A stretch of 64,000 bases of DNA from Candidatus Pacearchaeota archaeon (lineage in GTDB: Archaea; Nanobdellota; Nanobdellia; Pacearchaeales; GW2011-AR1): contig NZBT01000006.1 of NCBI GenBank assembly GCA_002688015.1, forward strand, positions 915 through 64,914, given 5' to 3'. The translations under genes and the position numbers were made by a program. Below, in pieces: positions 1 to 8,647 of this stretch (its first letter is position 1; the number at the start of each line of letters is the position of its first letter). The notes under the pieces were generated by a model, which worked only from the letters and a program-made list of their open reading frames with translations, had not been told where the DNA came from and made no database searches.

Positions 1-1082
1 TTTGTGATGATGGTTTAGACAATGATGGAGATGGATTGTTTGATTGTTTAGATACAGTTGATTGTTCAGCCCATGCCTCTTGTGTTGTTGCTAGTGTTTG
101 TAATGCTGATTTCAATTATGGAGTGACTGCATGTGTTAATGATAGAACAATAAAGTATCCTTCATCGATTGTGAATATAACTGGAGTGGGATGTACTGCT
201 GCAAATATAACACTTCCTGCAAATGTGACGACGCTTAGCGATTGTGATGGAAATGGAATTATTGGAAGCTTGGAAGATGTGGTTACAGATAATGTTGATA
301 TAGAGATATTTGTCGATGGAAATGATCTTGATGAAACAGGAGACTATTCTGGGAGGTCGAGAGATATAGAAATAGTTGATGAAGATGAAGATATTGTGAT
401 AGTTGAGTTGGATGATTTCGATTTTGATGATGATCTTTTGGATTTAACAGAGTTGGAAATTCGGATGGCTAGAAGTTCAGGTAAATATGGATATCTGATT
501 GTTGAAGGACTTTCAGGAGATGAGAAAGTATTTACCTTTAGGAAGCTGAATAGTGAAAGTGAATATGTTTGTGTCAAAGAAAGAACTGGAATTGATAGCA
601 TAAGTTCTATTAGTAAAAAGTGTGACAGATCTGGGGAAGACTTAGTGAAATGTGATGGAGATGCTTATGAAGATTATAGGTGTAATATTTTTGAATACAG
701 TGGAGATGATTACTTCGAGGTTTCAGGGTTGAAGAAGGGAGGAGTTAGAGAGATTTTGCCTGAGGATATAGGAGTTTCTGACGACGGAACTGACGACGGA
801 GCTGACGACGGAACACCTGGAGGAGGAACTGGAGTAGAAAATGTGACTGGAGGAACTGGCGGAGGAAATGTGACTGGAGGTTCTGGAGAAGGAAGTAGTA
901 CAAAAGTGCCTTCTCGGGCTATTTTGTGGGTTATTCTTGGGACTTTGCTATTAGCGATATTAATAGTTGGGATTGCTCTGTTGATGTTATTCTTTAACAA
1001 AAAGAAGAAGAAACCAGATTTGAATCTTGGACGTGGAGTTATAATTAAGAATCCTTTTGCTAGGAAGGGATTTCGATATTAA
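1..1082 (+). CDS. Cell-surface protein, C-terminal part (5' end lies upstream of the window)
   Basis: Frame is open from base 3: the Cys/Asp-rich motif CDDGLDNDGDGLFDCLDTVDC precedes the TTG used by the ORF track. Contains an acidic module, a Gly/Thr/Asp linker and one C-terminal TM helix (AILWVILGTLLLAILIVGIALLMLFF) followed by KKKKK. About 250 aa align by eye to the C-terminus of 1235..5818. Confidence 0.75.
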   Translation, partial: CDDGLDNDGDGLFDCLDTVDCSAHASCVVASVCNADFNYGVTACVNDRTIKYPSSIVNITGVGCTAANITLPANVTTLSDCDGNGIIGSLEDVVTDNVDIEIFVDGNDLDETGDYSGRSRDIEIVDEDEDIVIVELDDFDFDDDLLDLTELEIRMARSSGKYGYLIVEGLSGDEKVFTFRKLNSESEYVCVKERTGIDSISSISKKCDRSGEDLVKCDGDAYEDYRCNIFEYSGDDYFEVSGLKKGGVREILPEDIGVSDDGTDDGADDGTPGGGTGVENVTGGTGGGNVTGGSGEGSSTKVPSRAILWVILGTLLLAILIVGIALLMLFFNKKKKKPDLNLGRGVIIKNPFARKGFRY

Positions 1083-1175
1083 TTTAGAATAAGATGAGAA
1101 TAAAAGAAAATAAGTATTTATAAAGCTACAATCATTATAAAATAGAATAGAAATTTAGTACAAATTGAATATAAA

Positions 1176-1238
1176 ATGAAAATAAAGCAGACAAGAAGTC
1201 CGCTAATTATTCATTTTCAAAAACGGAATAAAAAATGA
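1176..1238 (+). promoter_or_regulatory. Conserved leader element copy 1: 20-codon upstream ORF (MKIKQTRSPLIIHFQKRNKK) with ATGA overlap to the 1235 start
   Basis: ATG at 1176 and TGA at 1236-1238, overlapping the ATG at 1235-1237. Core AAGCAGACAAGAAGTCCGCTAATTATTCATTTTC is shared with 12793-12826. Below the ORF-track size cutoff. Confidence 0.5.
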
Positions 1239-4200
1239 AAATAAGAGGTTTAAATGTTGGGAATAAGGTAATTTATTTATCTGTTTTTCTTGTAATACTT
1301 TTAGTTTTGCTATCTGTGGCTATTTATAATCTTAATACTTTGGAGAAAGAGAAATTATTGCAATTGGCCCCTCCAACAGATGATATTCTATATTATGATT
1401 TTGATACTTTGACAGAATTGAGTCAACCTGTTTTGTTTGATATTGGGGGTGGAGAAGACAAAGTTAATTTGGGAGATAGTTTACCTATCGAACCTTGGAG
1501 TCTTTCTGAAGATCATTTGAGAACTGTGCTTGGGAATGAAATTTATAATAATGGGGATGGAGATGGGTTTGAATATAATCAGAACATTTATTTTTCAGAT
1601 AATTTTGTTTTGAAGCACAAAGCTAATGGTACCAATTATTCTGTAATTGGTTTAGAGAATGATAATGGAGAAATTTTTACTTATAGTCTGACATTTACTA
1701 CTTCTCCAAGTGCTGGATTTGAGGGAACCATGTTAAGATTTTTAGGAAAGGAGTATTATGTTCAGAGTTATGATTCTTCTGCAGGGATGAAAGTTTTCGA
1801 TTCTATTTTGGAAGAGTTTAATGTGACTCTTAATGAAAGTGGCGGAGGGAGTGTAGCGTCGAGGTATGATGGAGATGATATAGTTGGTTTGAAGATATTA
1901 AGTATTGGAGCTGGGACTGTTACATTAGAAGAGAATTTGGTGAATATTGGAACACTTAGTGAGGGAGATACGTATGAATTATCAGAGGGAGTTTATTTGG
2001 GAGTCAAGAAGATTAATTATGTTGCAAGTGGATTTAGTACTGTTGAATTAGTTGTTGGAAATGTTAAGACAGATTTTGTGAATGGAGGAAATATAAAAGT
2101 TAATGATGAAGATGTTGAGGGATATGCTGTTTCTATAACTGATTCAGGGAGTTTTGAATTGAGTATTGTTTATAGTGAGAATTTATTTTTGGAAGATGGA
2201 ATGAGTTTTGATTTGCCTGTTTTCGAGACTCTGTCTTTTGGACTTAATGTTAATGATAGACAGGAAAGAGGAATCGTTTCCGTTTTGAATAATTCAGAGA
2301 GAATAACTTTTTCTGCGAATATAAATGGAGTGTTGAGGAAAATTGATTTGCTTAGTGTTTCTAGTACTGGAGAGATTAGAATAGGAAACTCTACTGATAA
2401 ACTTCTTGCTGTGAGTGGAAATAGTTTGGATGTAGAAGCTGATTCTGGTTTGGGAATTGTTCAATCAGATTTCATAACTACTTTTAGTGACGCTATTAAT
2501 TCTGTGGATAGAAATAATGAGATGATGGCTCAGACATTTTTACTTTCTCAAGGTTCAGCGCAGTCTATAAATGAAGTTAAACTTTTTGTTAAGAGAACAG
2601 CTTCTAATGATAAGGGGTTTGTAAAGATGTTTTTGACAGGAGTTGATGTTGATGAAAAGCCGGATTTGAGTAATATTTTATCAGAGTTACAAGAGATAAA
2701 TATTTCTAATTTGAGTGAAGATAGTTATGAATGGATTAGTCTTAGTATTCCCGTTGTTACTTTAGATATTGGGGAGAGCTATGCGGTAGTTATTAACGGA
2801 ACGAATATAATTGGGACCGATGCTAATAATTTTGCTTGGGCATTTAGCGATGCCGATCCTTATGCGGATGGAGAAATTCACAGGAAAGCATACAATACCG
2901 ATACTTGGAATCCTTCAGGGACTGGTAGAGACTTTGCTTTTGAATTGAAAGGATTCAACTCTCTTTCTAGGAGGGAATTTTTTGCTTCTGTAGGAGACCA
3001 GACTTATGGAGAGAGTTATTTATTGAATGTAAAAGATATGACTATATCTGATACAGAAGAGAGAATTGTTTTGGAGAATATTTTTGATGGGGCAGAAGAG
3101 GATTTGAATGTTGGAGAGTTTAATGAATATGGGAATGTAAAAGTTGAAGTAAAAAGCGTTTTGGCGGGAAGGAATGGATTTTCGTTAGAGGTTTCTCCTG
3201 TTGATGGTATTGGAACTGGAAGCTTTGAAAAGATTTATACAGATTCTGGATTATCTGTTAATATTCCTACTGATCTAAGTGGAGAAAGTGTAATCTTAGA
3301 ATTTGAAGAAGAAGATGTTGGGACAAAGGGAGAAAGTTTTGATATTGTTGTTGGGAAGACTTTAGATGGGAATTTGAGTGTTAAGGGCACTTCTTTACAA
3401 GAGTTTTCAGATACTTTGACAGGAAGAAATGTTTCTTATGTTGTTTCTGGTTTTGCTACAAGAGTTGAGAGAGAAGGGAATTTAGATAATTCTTCTGTCG
3501 AGATTAAATATTATGGAGAAGAACTTTATGGAGAATTGAGAGTTGAAGAGATTGGAGAAAATATTTATTCTAGGAGTGCTCTTCTTGATTTAAGAGGGGG
3601 CGAAAGTATTGGGACAATTAAAGGGGTAAGATTAGAAGAAGGGCAATTTGAAAATGCAGCAATGTTTACAGGAAATGGAGAGTATGTTGAAGTTGGAGGA
3701 AGCCCAGATATTGATTCTTTAGAACAGGGAAGTTATACACTTGCTGCTTGGTATAGGCCTTTGGGTGTTCCTGGAGATGGACATGCAATTATTGCAAAAT
3801 CAGAAAATGGCTTGGCTGAGGGACAGACTAATCTGTATCCTATAGGGCTTAAGTATAAGATGACAGGAGCTGATGAAGGATTTGCTATGACTCATTATGA
3901 AGGAAGCAGTGGATATGAAGCAGTTACTTCAGGGCCTGGATTTGGTGTTGATGGAGATTATTTAGTTACAGGTGTTGTTGATAGGGCTGCTGGAAAAGTT
4001 AAAATATATGTGAATGGAATTCTTGAGGATACTAGAAATATTGCATCTATTACATCTGCAAGAACTTATGATAGTAATTGGAGAATTGGAATTTCCAATA
4101 TTAATTCTAGTGTTTCTATGGAAGAATATTCTGCTAATGGTTTAGTTGATGAAGTCAAGATGTGGGATCGGGCTTTGACTGATTCTGAGGTTTCAGAACT

Positions 4201-5818
4201 TTACAATTCATATGAAGTTCCTTCTAATATTCTCTTGATAATTCCAGAGAATTGTGCCGCCGTTAGTTTGCAAAGTGCTTGGAATGCGATATTTAAGAGA
4301 GCAGACTTTGCAGATAGAGATGTATTGTTTACTAGCGGGGCCGTTCATGGAGGCGGCTGTAGTGATTATTTTGTATATGGTCTTATTAGTGAAGGGGTTT
4401 CTTTCCAAGGAGATTATGTTATGATGGGGAGTTCTGAGAGTGTTACAGAGGCAGGAGATAATGTGTATAACATTACAGAAGAGTCATTTGTGTTTAGTTG
4501 GTTTAATGTTTCTTATGAGAATAATTTATCTGAGTTTACAGCTTTAGGGAATTTGAGTGTTTTGAGTTATTTGCCAAATGATGGTGGTGTTGATTTTATT
4601 AGAGATAAAGTTGTTCGTTTCTCAGGAAATGGATTGTCTAAAATTTCTGCAATCAATTCTATTCTTACAGATTTCAATGGTGAAATTAATATGAATGATT
4701 TCCATGAGAGGATTGTTATGACTCCAGAAGAGAATTTGACATTTTATGATTATGGAACAAGACATTTAGGAGGAGATCTTAATTTGAGCATTAGTGCTAA
4801 TTACACATATATTTTATTAGACTTTTATAAGAAGACCTTTGTTTCTGGGCCCGATCCAGAAGTTCCTCTTTGTAATTTTGAACTTCGGAATACGACTTGT
4901 AGCGAAGATACGAAGATAAGATATCCTCATTTGTTGGAAACAGCAAATTGTAGAGTTTCTGTTCCTGTTAATGAGACGTTTATTGAAGATTGTGACAGTA
5001 ACAATATTACGGGGAGATTAAAGAATTTGGGAAGACAGAATTTGATTTTACATATGAAGATTAATGGAACACAGACTGATGGATCTGGAGCAGTTCAGAC
5101 AGGAAAGAAGAAAGTGGAGTTTATTGAAAACGGTAGTGTTGTTAGAGTTGAATTTGAGCATGACTTTGATTCAAAGGTTTTAGATTTATCAAGTATAGAG
5201 ATTATTAAACAGGATTCGAATGATGATTTCGGTTACCTTATTGTTAGAGGAATACAGAGCACTAAGACTATTAGAATTGATAGATTAGATAGTTCAAGTG
5301 ACAAGGTTTGTATTGAAGATAGAGATGGAGTTACTAGTGTTAGTGATATTAGTAGGAGTTGTGGAGGAAGTTTTGAGTATGAGATAGATTGTGATGGGAC
5401 AAGGGAAGATGGATTTACTTGTGAAGAATCTCTCGATGAGGATTATTATATTGTTTCTGGGCTTTCACATAGCGGAGTTAAGGAATATGTTCCTAGTTCT
5501 GGGCGGACGCCAAACGGAGGAAATAATAATGGGGGAGGGAATAGAAGGACTACAACTCCTAATAATAATTCGGGATCAGGAGGATCAGGATCAGGGAGTG
5601 GAAGTGGTTCAGGAGGATCAGGAGGCAGTGGAACTGATGATGATGATGATGATGATGGTGGGAAAGTTTGGCTTTGGATTATTATAGGTATTTTGGCGGT
5701 TGGAATAATCTCAGTTGCAATATATCTTCTTCGAATTGTTTTGGATAAGGGAACTGAAGATTCAAGGTTTCTTGTTAGACAAGATCCAATGACAAGAACT
5801 CAATTAGGTGGATATTGA
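1235..5818 (+). CDS. Giant membrane-anchored surface protein (1527 aa) with a LamG/concanavalin-A-like lectin domain
   Basis: N-terminal signal-anchor (VIYLSVFLVILLVLLSVAIY). LamG-type segment around nt 3580-4215 (GEYVEVGGSPDIDSLEQGSYTLAAWYRP ... DEVKMWDRALTDSEVSELY). C-terminal module paralogous to 1..1082, then a Gly/Asn/Ser tract, (GS)n, a D7 run, a TM helix (VWLWIIIGILAVGIISVAIYLL) and a short tail. Confidence 0.85.
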   Translation: MKIRGLNVGNKVIYLSVFLVILLVLLSVAIYNLNTLEKEKLLQLAPPTDDILYYDFDTLTELSQPVLFDIGGGEDKVNLGDSLPIEPWSLSEDHLRTVLGNEIYNNGDGDGFEYNQNIYFSDNFVLKHKANGTNYSVIGLENDNGEIFTYSLTFTTSPSAGFEGTMLRFLGKEYYVQSYDSSAGMKVFDSILEEFNVTLNESGGGSVASRYDGDDIVGLKILSIGAGTVTLEENLVNIGTLSEGDTYELSEGVYLGVKKINYVASGFSTVELVVGNVKTDFVNGGNIKVNDEDVEGYAVSITDSGSFELSIVYSENLFLEDGMSFDLPVFETLSFGLNVNDRQERGIVSVLNNSERITFSANINGVLRKIDLLSVSSTGEIRIGNSTDKLLAVSGNSLDVEADSGLGIVQSDFITTFSDAINSVDRNNEMMAQTFLLSQGSAQSINEVKLFVKRTASNDKGFVKMFLTGVDVDEKPDLSNILSELQEINISNLSEDSYEWISLSIPVVTLDIGESYAVVINGTNIIGTDANNFAWAFSDADPYADGEIHRKAYNTDTWNPSGTGRDFAFELKGFNSLSRREFFASVGDQTYGESYLLNVKDMTISDTEERIVLENIFDGAEEDLNVGEFNEYGNVKVEVKSVLAGRNGFSLEVSPVDGIGTGSFEKIYTDSGLSVNIPTDLSGESVILEFEEEDVGTKGESFDIVVGKTLDGNLSVKGTSLQEFSDTLTGRNVSYVVSGFATRVEREGNLDNSSVEIKYYGEELYGELRVEEIGENIYSRSALLDLRGGESIGTIKGVRLEEGQFENAAMFTGNGEYVEVGGSPDIDSLEQGSYTLAAWYRPLGVPGDGHAIIAKSENGLAEGQTNLYPIGLKYKMTGADEGFAMTHYEGSSGYEAVTSGPGFGVDGDYLVTGVVDRAAGKVKIYVNGILEDTRNIASITSARTYDSNWRIGISNINSSVSMEEYSANGLVDEVKMWDRALTDSEVSELYNSYEVPSNILLIIPENCAAVSLQSAWNAIFKRADFADRDVLFTSGAVHGGGCSDYFVYGLISEGVSFQGDYVMMGSSESVTEAGDNVYNITEESFVFSWFNVSYENNLSEFTALGNLSVLSYLPNDGGVDFIRDKVVRFSGNGLSKISAINSILTDFNGEINMNDFHERIVMTPEENLTFYDYGTRHLGGDLNLSISANYTYILLDFYKKTFVSGPDPEVPLCNFELRNTTCSEDTKIRYPHLLETANCRVSVPVNETFIEDCDSNNITGRLKNLGRQNLILHMKINGTQTDGSGAVQTGKKKVEFIENGSVVRVEFEHDFDSKVLDLSSIEIIKQDSNDDFGYLIVRGIQSTKTIRIDRLDSSSDKVCIEDRDGVTSVSDISRSCGGSFEYEIDCDGTREDGFTCEESLDEDYYIVSGLSHSGVKEYVPSSGRTPNGGNNNGGGNRRTTTPNNNSGSGGSGSGSGSGSGGSGGSGTDDDDDDDGGKVWLWIIIGILAVGIISVAIYLLRIVLDKGTEDSRFLVRQDPMTRTQLGGY

Positions 5819-5831
5819 TTTTCTTGTTCTT

Positions 5832-5868
5832 AAAGAGCTTTAAAAAGCTTTATAAAGAGCTTTTTATA
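5832..5868 (+). promoter_or_regulatory. Three tandem TATA-like units upstream of tbp
   Basis: AAAGAGCTTTAAAAAGCTTTATAAAGAGCTTTTTATAG contains three GCTTT(A/T)(A/T)A(A/T)AG-like units at roughly 10-11 bp spacing. The middle one lies about 30 nt before the ATG at 5882. Confidence 0.45.
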
Positions 5869-5881
5869 GATAATAGGGAAG

Positions 5882-6430
5882 ATGGTTGCTAAATCTAATC
5901 TAAAAGTACAAAATATCGTCGCTACTACGTCTCTTGGGAAGCCTGTTAGTTTGACTAAATTAGCTAGAAGTCAGAGCAATACAGAATATAATCCAGAACA
6001 GTTTCCAGGGCTTGTTTTGAGGATTAAAAAGCCAAAATCTGCAGTTCTGGTATTTAGTTCAGGGAACTTGGTTTGTACAGGGACGAAATCAGTAGCTCAA
6101 GTTAAAGAAGTTATTAATCAAGTTATAAAGCAAATTGGGAAAATAGGTGTTAAGATTACAGATAAGCCAAAGATTACAGTTCAGAATATTGTTGCTTCTG
6201 GAAGTATTGATTTGAATTTGAACCTTAATGTATTAGCGTTACAATTGGAAAATACAGAATATGAGCCTGAGCAGTTTCCAGGGCTTGTGTATAAGTTAGT
6301 TGATCCTCCTGCTACTTTTCTTTTGTTTTCAAATGGGAAGTTGGTTTGTACGGGAACGAAGGATAGGAATCAGCTTGAAGAAAGTATGAAACAGCTTAAT
6401 AGGAATGTTAAGGAAGCTGTTAAGAAGTGA
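5882..6430 (+). CDS. tbp: TATA-box binding protein
   Basis: Two internal repeats, each with NIVA(T/S) ... EYNPEQFPGLV(L/Y)(R/K) ... LVFSSGKLVCTGTK-type motifs. 182 aa, typical of archaeal TBP. Confidence 0.95.
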   Translation: MVAKSNLKVQNIVATTSLGKPVSLTKLARSQSNTEYNPEQFPGLVLRIKKPKSAVLVFSSGNLVCTGTKSVAQVKEVINQVIKQIGKIGVKITDKPKITVQNIVASGSIDLNLNLNVLALQLENTEYEPEQFPGLVYKLVDPPATFLLFSNGKLVCTGTKDRNQLEESMKQLNRNVKEAVKK

Positions 6431-6433
6431 TTT

Positions 6434-7033
6434 CTATTCAATTTGATATTTTTCTCTGATTTTGTGTGCTAAATCTATAAGGGGTTTTACTTTGGGATCA
6501 TCTAGAGGATATTCTTCAGTTTCTTTGCCAGACAAGATGCATAAGTTTCCTATGCTTGGGATGTAGACACCATTGTTTAATCTTGCTATAGGAGTTGAAC
6601 CTATTTGAAATATTCCAAAATAATAAAGATTTTTCAAGGAAACTTCGCGAACCTTTTTTGAACCTGTTAATTCTCCAACCAATGTGTATGGAATTTCTGT
6701 ATTCATAACTCTTGTACTCCCAAATCTTACAAAACTTCCTTTTCCTCCTGTTGTGATTGGGTCTGAAGTGATTTGAGTGCTAAATGCGAGGGCGAAAATA
6801 TTGAAAGGATTTCCAGGGTTTCCAATGCTTCTTTTTTCTGTTTCTACTGTGCTTTCGCAATATAAGTCATCAGTTCTTTTTTCTAAATCATTGTTTAAAG
6901 CAGATTCCATTACTTCTTTGCCTCTTTCTAGTGGAGAAATTTTTGGAGAAGAAGTGCAGGCAGGCAGAAAGAATGCAGATGCTCCTATCACTAGGGCAGA
7001 TAAAGATGTTGTTATGTGCTTTGTTCTTTTCAT
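6434..7033 (-). CDS. Putative lipoprotein / secreted protein, unknown function
   Basis: N-terminal signal-like segment ending in the lipobox-like LPAC (SALVIGASAFFLPACTSS). 199-aa ORF in an AT-rich background. Confidence 0.55.
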   Translation of the reverse strand: MKRTKHITTSLSALVIGASAFFLPACTSSPKISPLERGKEVMESALNNDLEKRTDDLYCESTVETEKRSIGNPGNPFNIFALAFSTQITSDPITTGGKGSFVRFGSTRVMNTEIPYTLVGELTGSKKVREVSLKNLYYFGIFQIGSTPIARLNNGVYIPSIGNLCILSGKETEEYPLDDPKVKPLIDLAHKIREKYQIE

Positions 7034-7072
7034 GATATTTGGGCGATGAGATGATATTTATTCTTTACTATG

Positions 7073-8263
7073 TTAGAAGAATTGTTGGAGTTTTAGTTGT
7101 TGTTTTTTGTTTTTGAGAAGGATTGATTTATCTGTGTAATAGTTTATGGGGATTCTCATATTGCTTTGTATATGTTCTAGAGCAAGAGAAAGTGAAGGGA
7201 AGGTTTCTGGAGGAGAGGAGAAAGCTTGTCTACTGACTTGTCGCAGAATGCCGACACCAAGAGGGGCGTAGTATTCTGGACGAATTTCTCTGAATACGAG
7301 GCAGGAAGCTTGTTTACGAATTTTCATTAGATATTCACAAAGAGCGAGACGGTTTGCATAATATGCGCCAGTAACAGAGTTAGCATATTTTCTTCTTGGA
7401 AAGAAGGATTCATGATCATGCCATACGGCGAAAGATTTCATTGCAATTTCCATTACTTCGAATTCCCAGGTATCTGGAATGAGGAGAAAGTGATAATGGT
7501 TTCCTACATAATTTGAGGAAAACACGAGAAATTCAGAGATTTGAGGAAAGAATTTTATTTGTTTTAGTTTTTCTTTTGATAGGGTATCGTCGACGGCAGT
7601 TATAGACCAACGAGTGGGAACGAGAATGCGATTCTTTTTCATTCCTAGAAGACCAGCGGAGAGGATTTTCATTATGTTGGAACTTTGGATTCCAGCGGAA
7701 TCAAGTTCAAGGATTGCTGTTTTAGATTTTGTTTCATTATCGGAGACAAGGGATTCAACTTTATTTTTTACTTGAGGATTTTCTTGAAGCTTGACTTGGG
7801 AAACGGGAGCGGCATTGCTTATTAGAGGAACACGAGAATCAGATTCTAAATTTTTTGTTATTGATTTCTTTAACTTAAAGGAAGTTGATACGGATTTATG
7901 AGTCATCGCAATTTCTTGCATTGTTTTGAGGAACTTTAGGTTTTTATTGTTTGCTGAGGAATTTGTGAAGACTGGAGATTTAATATGTCCTTTTGTTCTC
8001 CCGTAGATTAATTGGTTTCTGAATTTTAGGATTGAAGGGATTTGAAGACGGTTTTTATGCCAGAGTTCGTGTGATGAGAGGATTTCTGTGTTTCCGTGTT
8101 CTGTAGGACTTAAGATTCCTATGTTTATGTTTGGATAGTTGTAACGGCCTACAAAGACTTCTGGCGGGCTTGATCCTGAAAATGCAGAAAGAGAAACAGC
8201 CTTTCCTAAGAAGAGAGAATGTTTTTTACAGTTATCTTGGCCGCAGATTTTACAATAAGACAT
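7073..8263 (-). CDS. Nre-family (DUF650/DUF651-like) putative DNA repair protein
   Basis: N-terminal CxxC (CKICGQDNC) followed by SPPEVFVGRYNYPNINIGILSP, which I recognise as the archaeal Nre N-domain pattern. 396 aa. Homology recalled, not searched. Confidence 0.5.
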   Translation of the reverse strand: MSYCKICGQDNCKKHSLFLGKAVSLSAFSGSSPPEVFVGRYNYPNINIGILSPTEHGNTEILSSHELWHKNRLQIPSILKFRNQLIYGRTKGHIKSPVFTNSSANNKNLKFLKTMQEIAMTHKSVSTSFKLKKSITKNLESDSRVPLISNAAPVSQVKLQENPQVKNKVESLVSDNETKSKTAILELDSAGIQSSNIMKILSAGLLGMKKNRILVPTRWSITAVDDTLSKEKLKQIKFFPQISEFLVFSSNYVGNHYHFLLIPDTWEFEVMEIAMKSFAVWHDHESFFPRRKYANSVTGAYYANRLALCEYLMKIRKQASCLVFREIRPEYYAPLGVGILRQVSRQAFSSPPETFPSLSLALEHIQSNMRIPINYYTDKSILLKNKKQQLKLQQFF

Positions 8264-8332
8264 TGAGGAATTTGGAAAAGATATGTTATATAGTTGTGTT
8301 ACACTTCAATAGGAGCTAAGAGGAAATTAGAG

Positions 8333-8536
8333 TTAACCTTTCAAATCAGAGATTCCTAGAAGGATGAATAGAATACCAAGCATTGCGATAAACCAGAAAA
8401 TTCCACCTTTGAGGAATACCCAAGCAGCAGATCTGAAATTCCAGAATGATCCCCACCAATCAGCAGAGTACCACGCAATTATGATTGCTCCAATCACAAG
8501 TATTAGTCCCAATAGTAGTTCGGCCCATTTATTCAT
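8333..8536 (-). CDS. Small membrane protein (2 predicted TM helices)
   Basis: 67 aa with two hydrophobic, Trp-rich stretches (LLLGLILVIGAIIIAWY; IFWFIAMLGILFILLGI). Confidence 0.55.
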   Translation of the reverse strand: MNKWAELLLGLILVIGAIIIAWYSADWWGSFWNFRSAAWVFLKGGIFWFIAMLGILFILLGISDLKG

Positions 8537-8647
8537 GTCTTTCTTAGAAATAATGGATATTTAAAGTTTTTCACAATTTTTTCACTACTTAATATGATAA
8601 AATTTCATGATAGGAAATTTATTTAAGTCGAAGAAACAGATAGTGAT

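Noticed and set aside
344-1000. Antisense and out-of-frame ORFs in the track inside the surface-protein genes (344..601-, 710..1000-, 4208..4408-, 5391..5687+)
   Set aside because: They lie wholly within longer ORFs that have coherent domain content. Their translations are low-complexity mirror images (Ser/Pro/Leu runs) of the Asp/Gly/Glu-rich sense frames. The same reasoning applies to the many 60-140-aa shadow ORFs inside gatB, gatE, aspS, mcm, valS, topA, the MFS gene and others.
1173-1244. Leader elements interpreted as miniature transposable elements (MITEs) with 13-16-nt target-site duplications
   Set aside because: Not fully excluded, but the 43-46-nt cores have no terminal inverted repeats. 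The supposed duplications at the two loci resemble each other (both are AAAATGAA start contexts). No transposase is present. I therefore report this as a regulatory-leader hypothesis with the insertion reading as an alternative.
5636-5656. (GAT)7 microsatellite encoding the D7 run of the giant surface protein, as a phase-variation switch
   Set aside because: Length changes in a triplet repeat stay in frame, so it cannot switch the gene off. It is noted only as a possible length polymorphism within the surface-protein finding.
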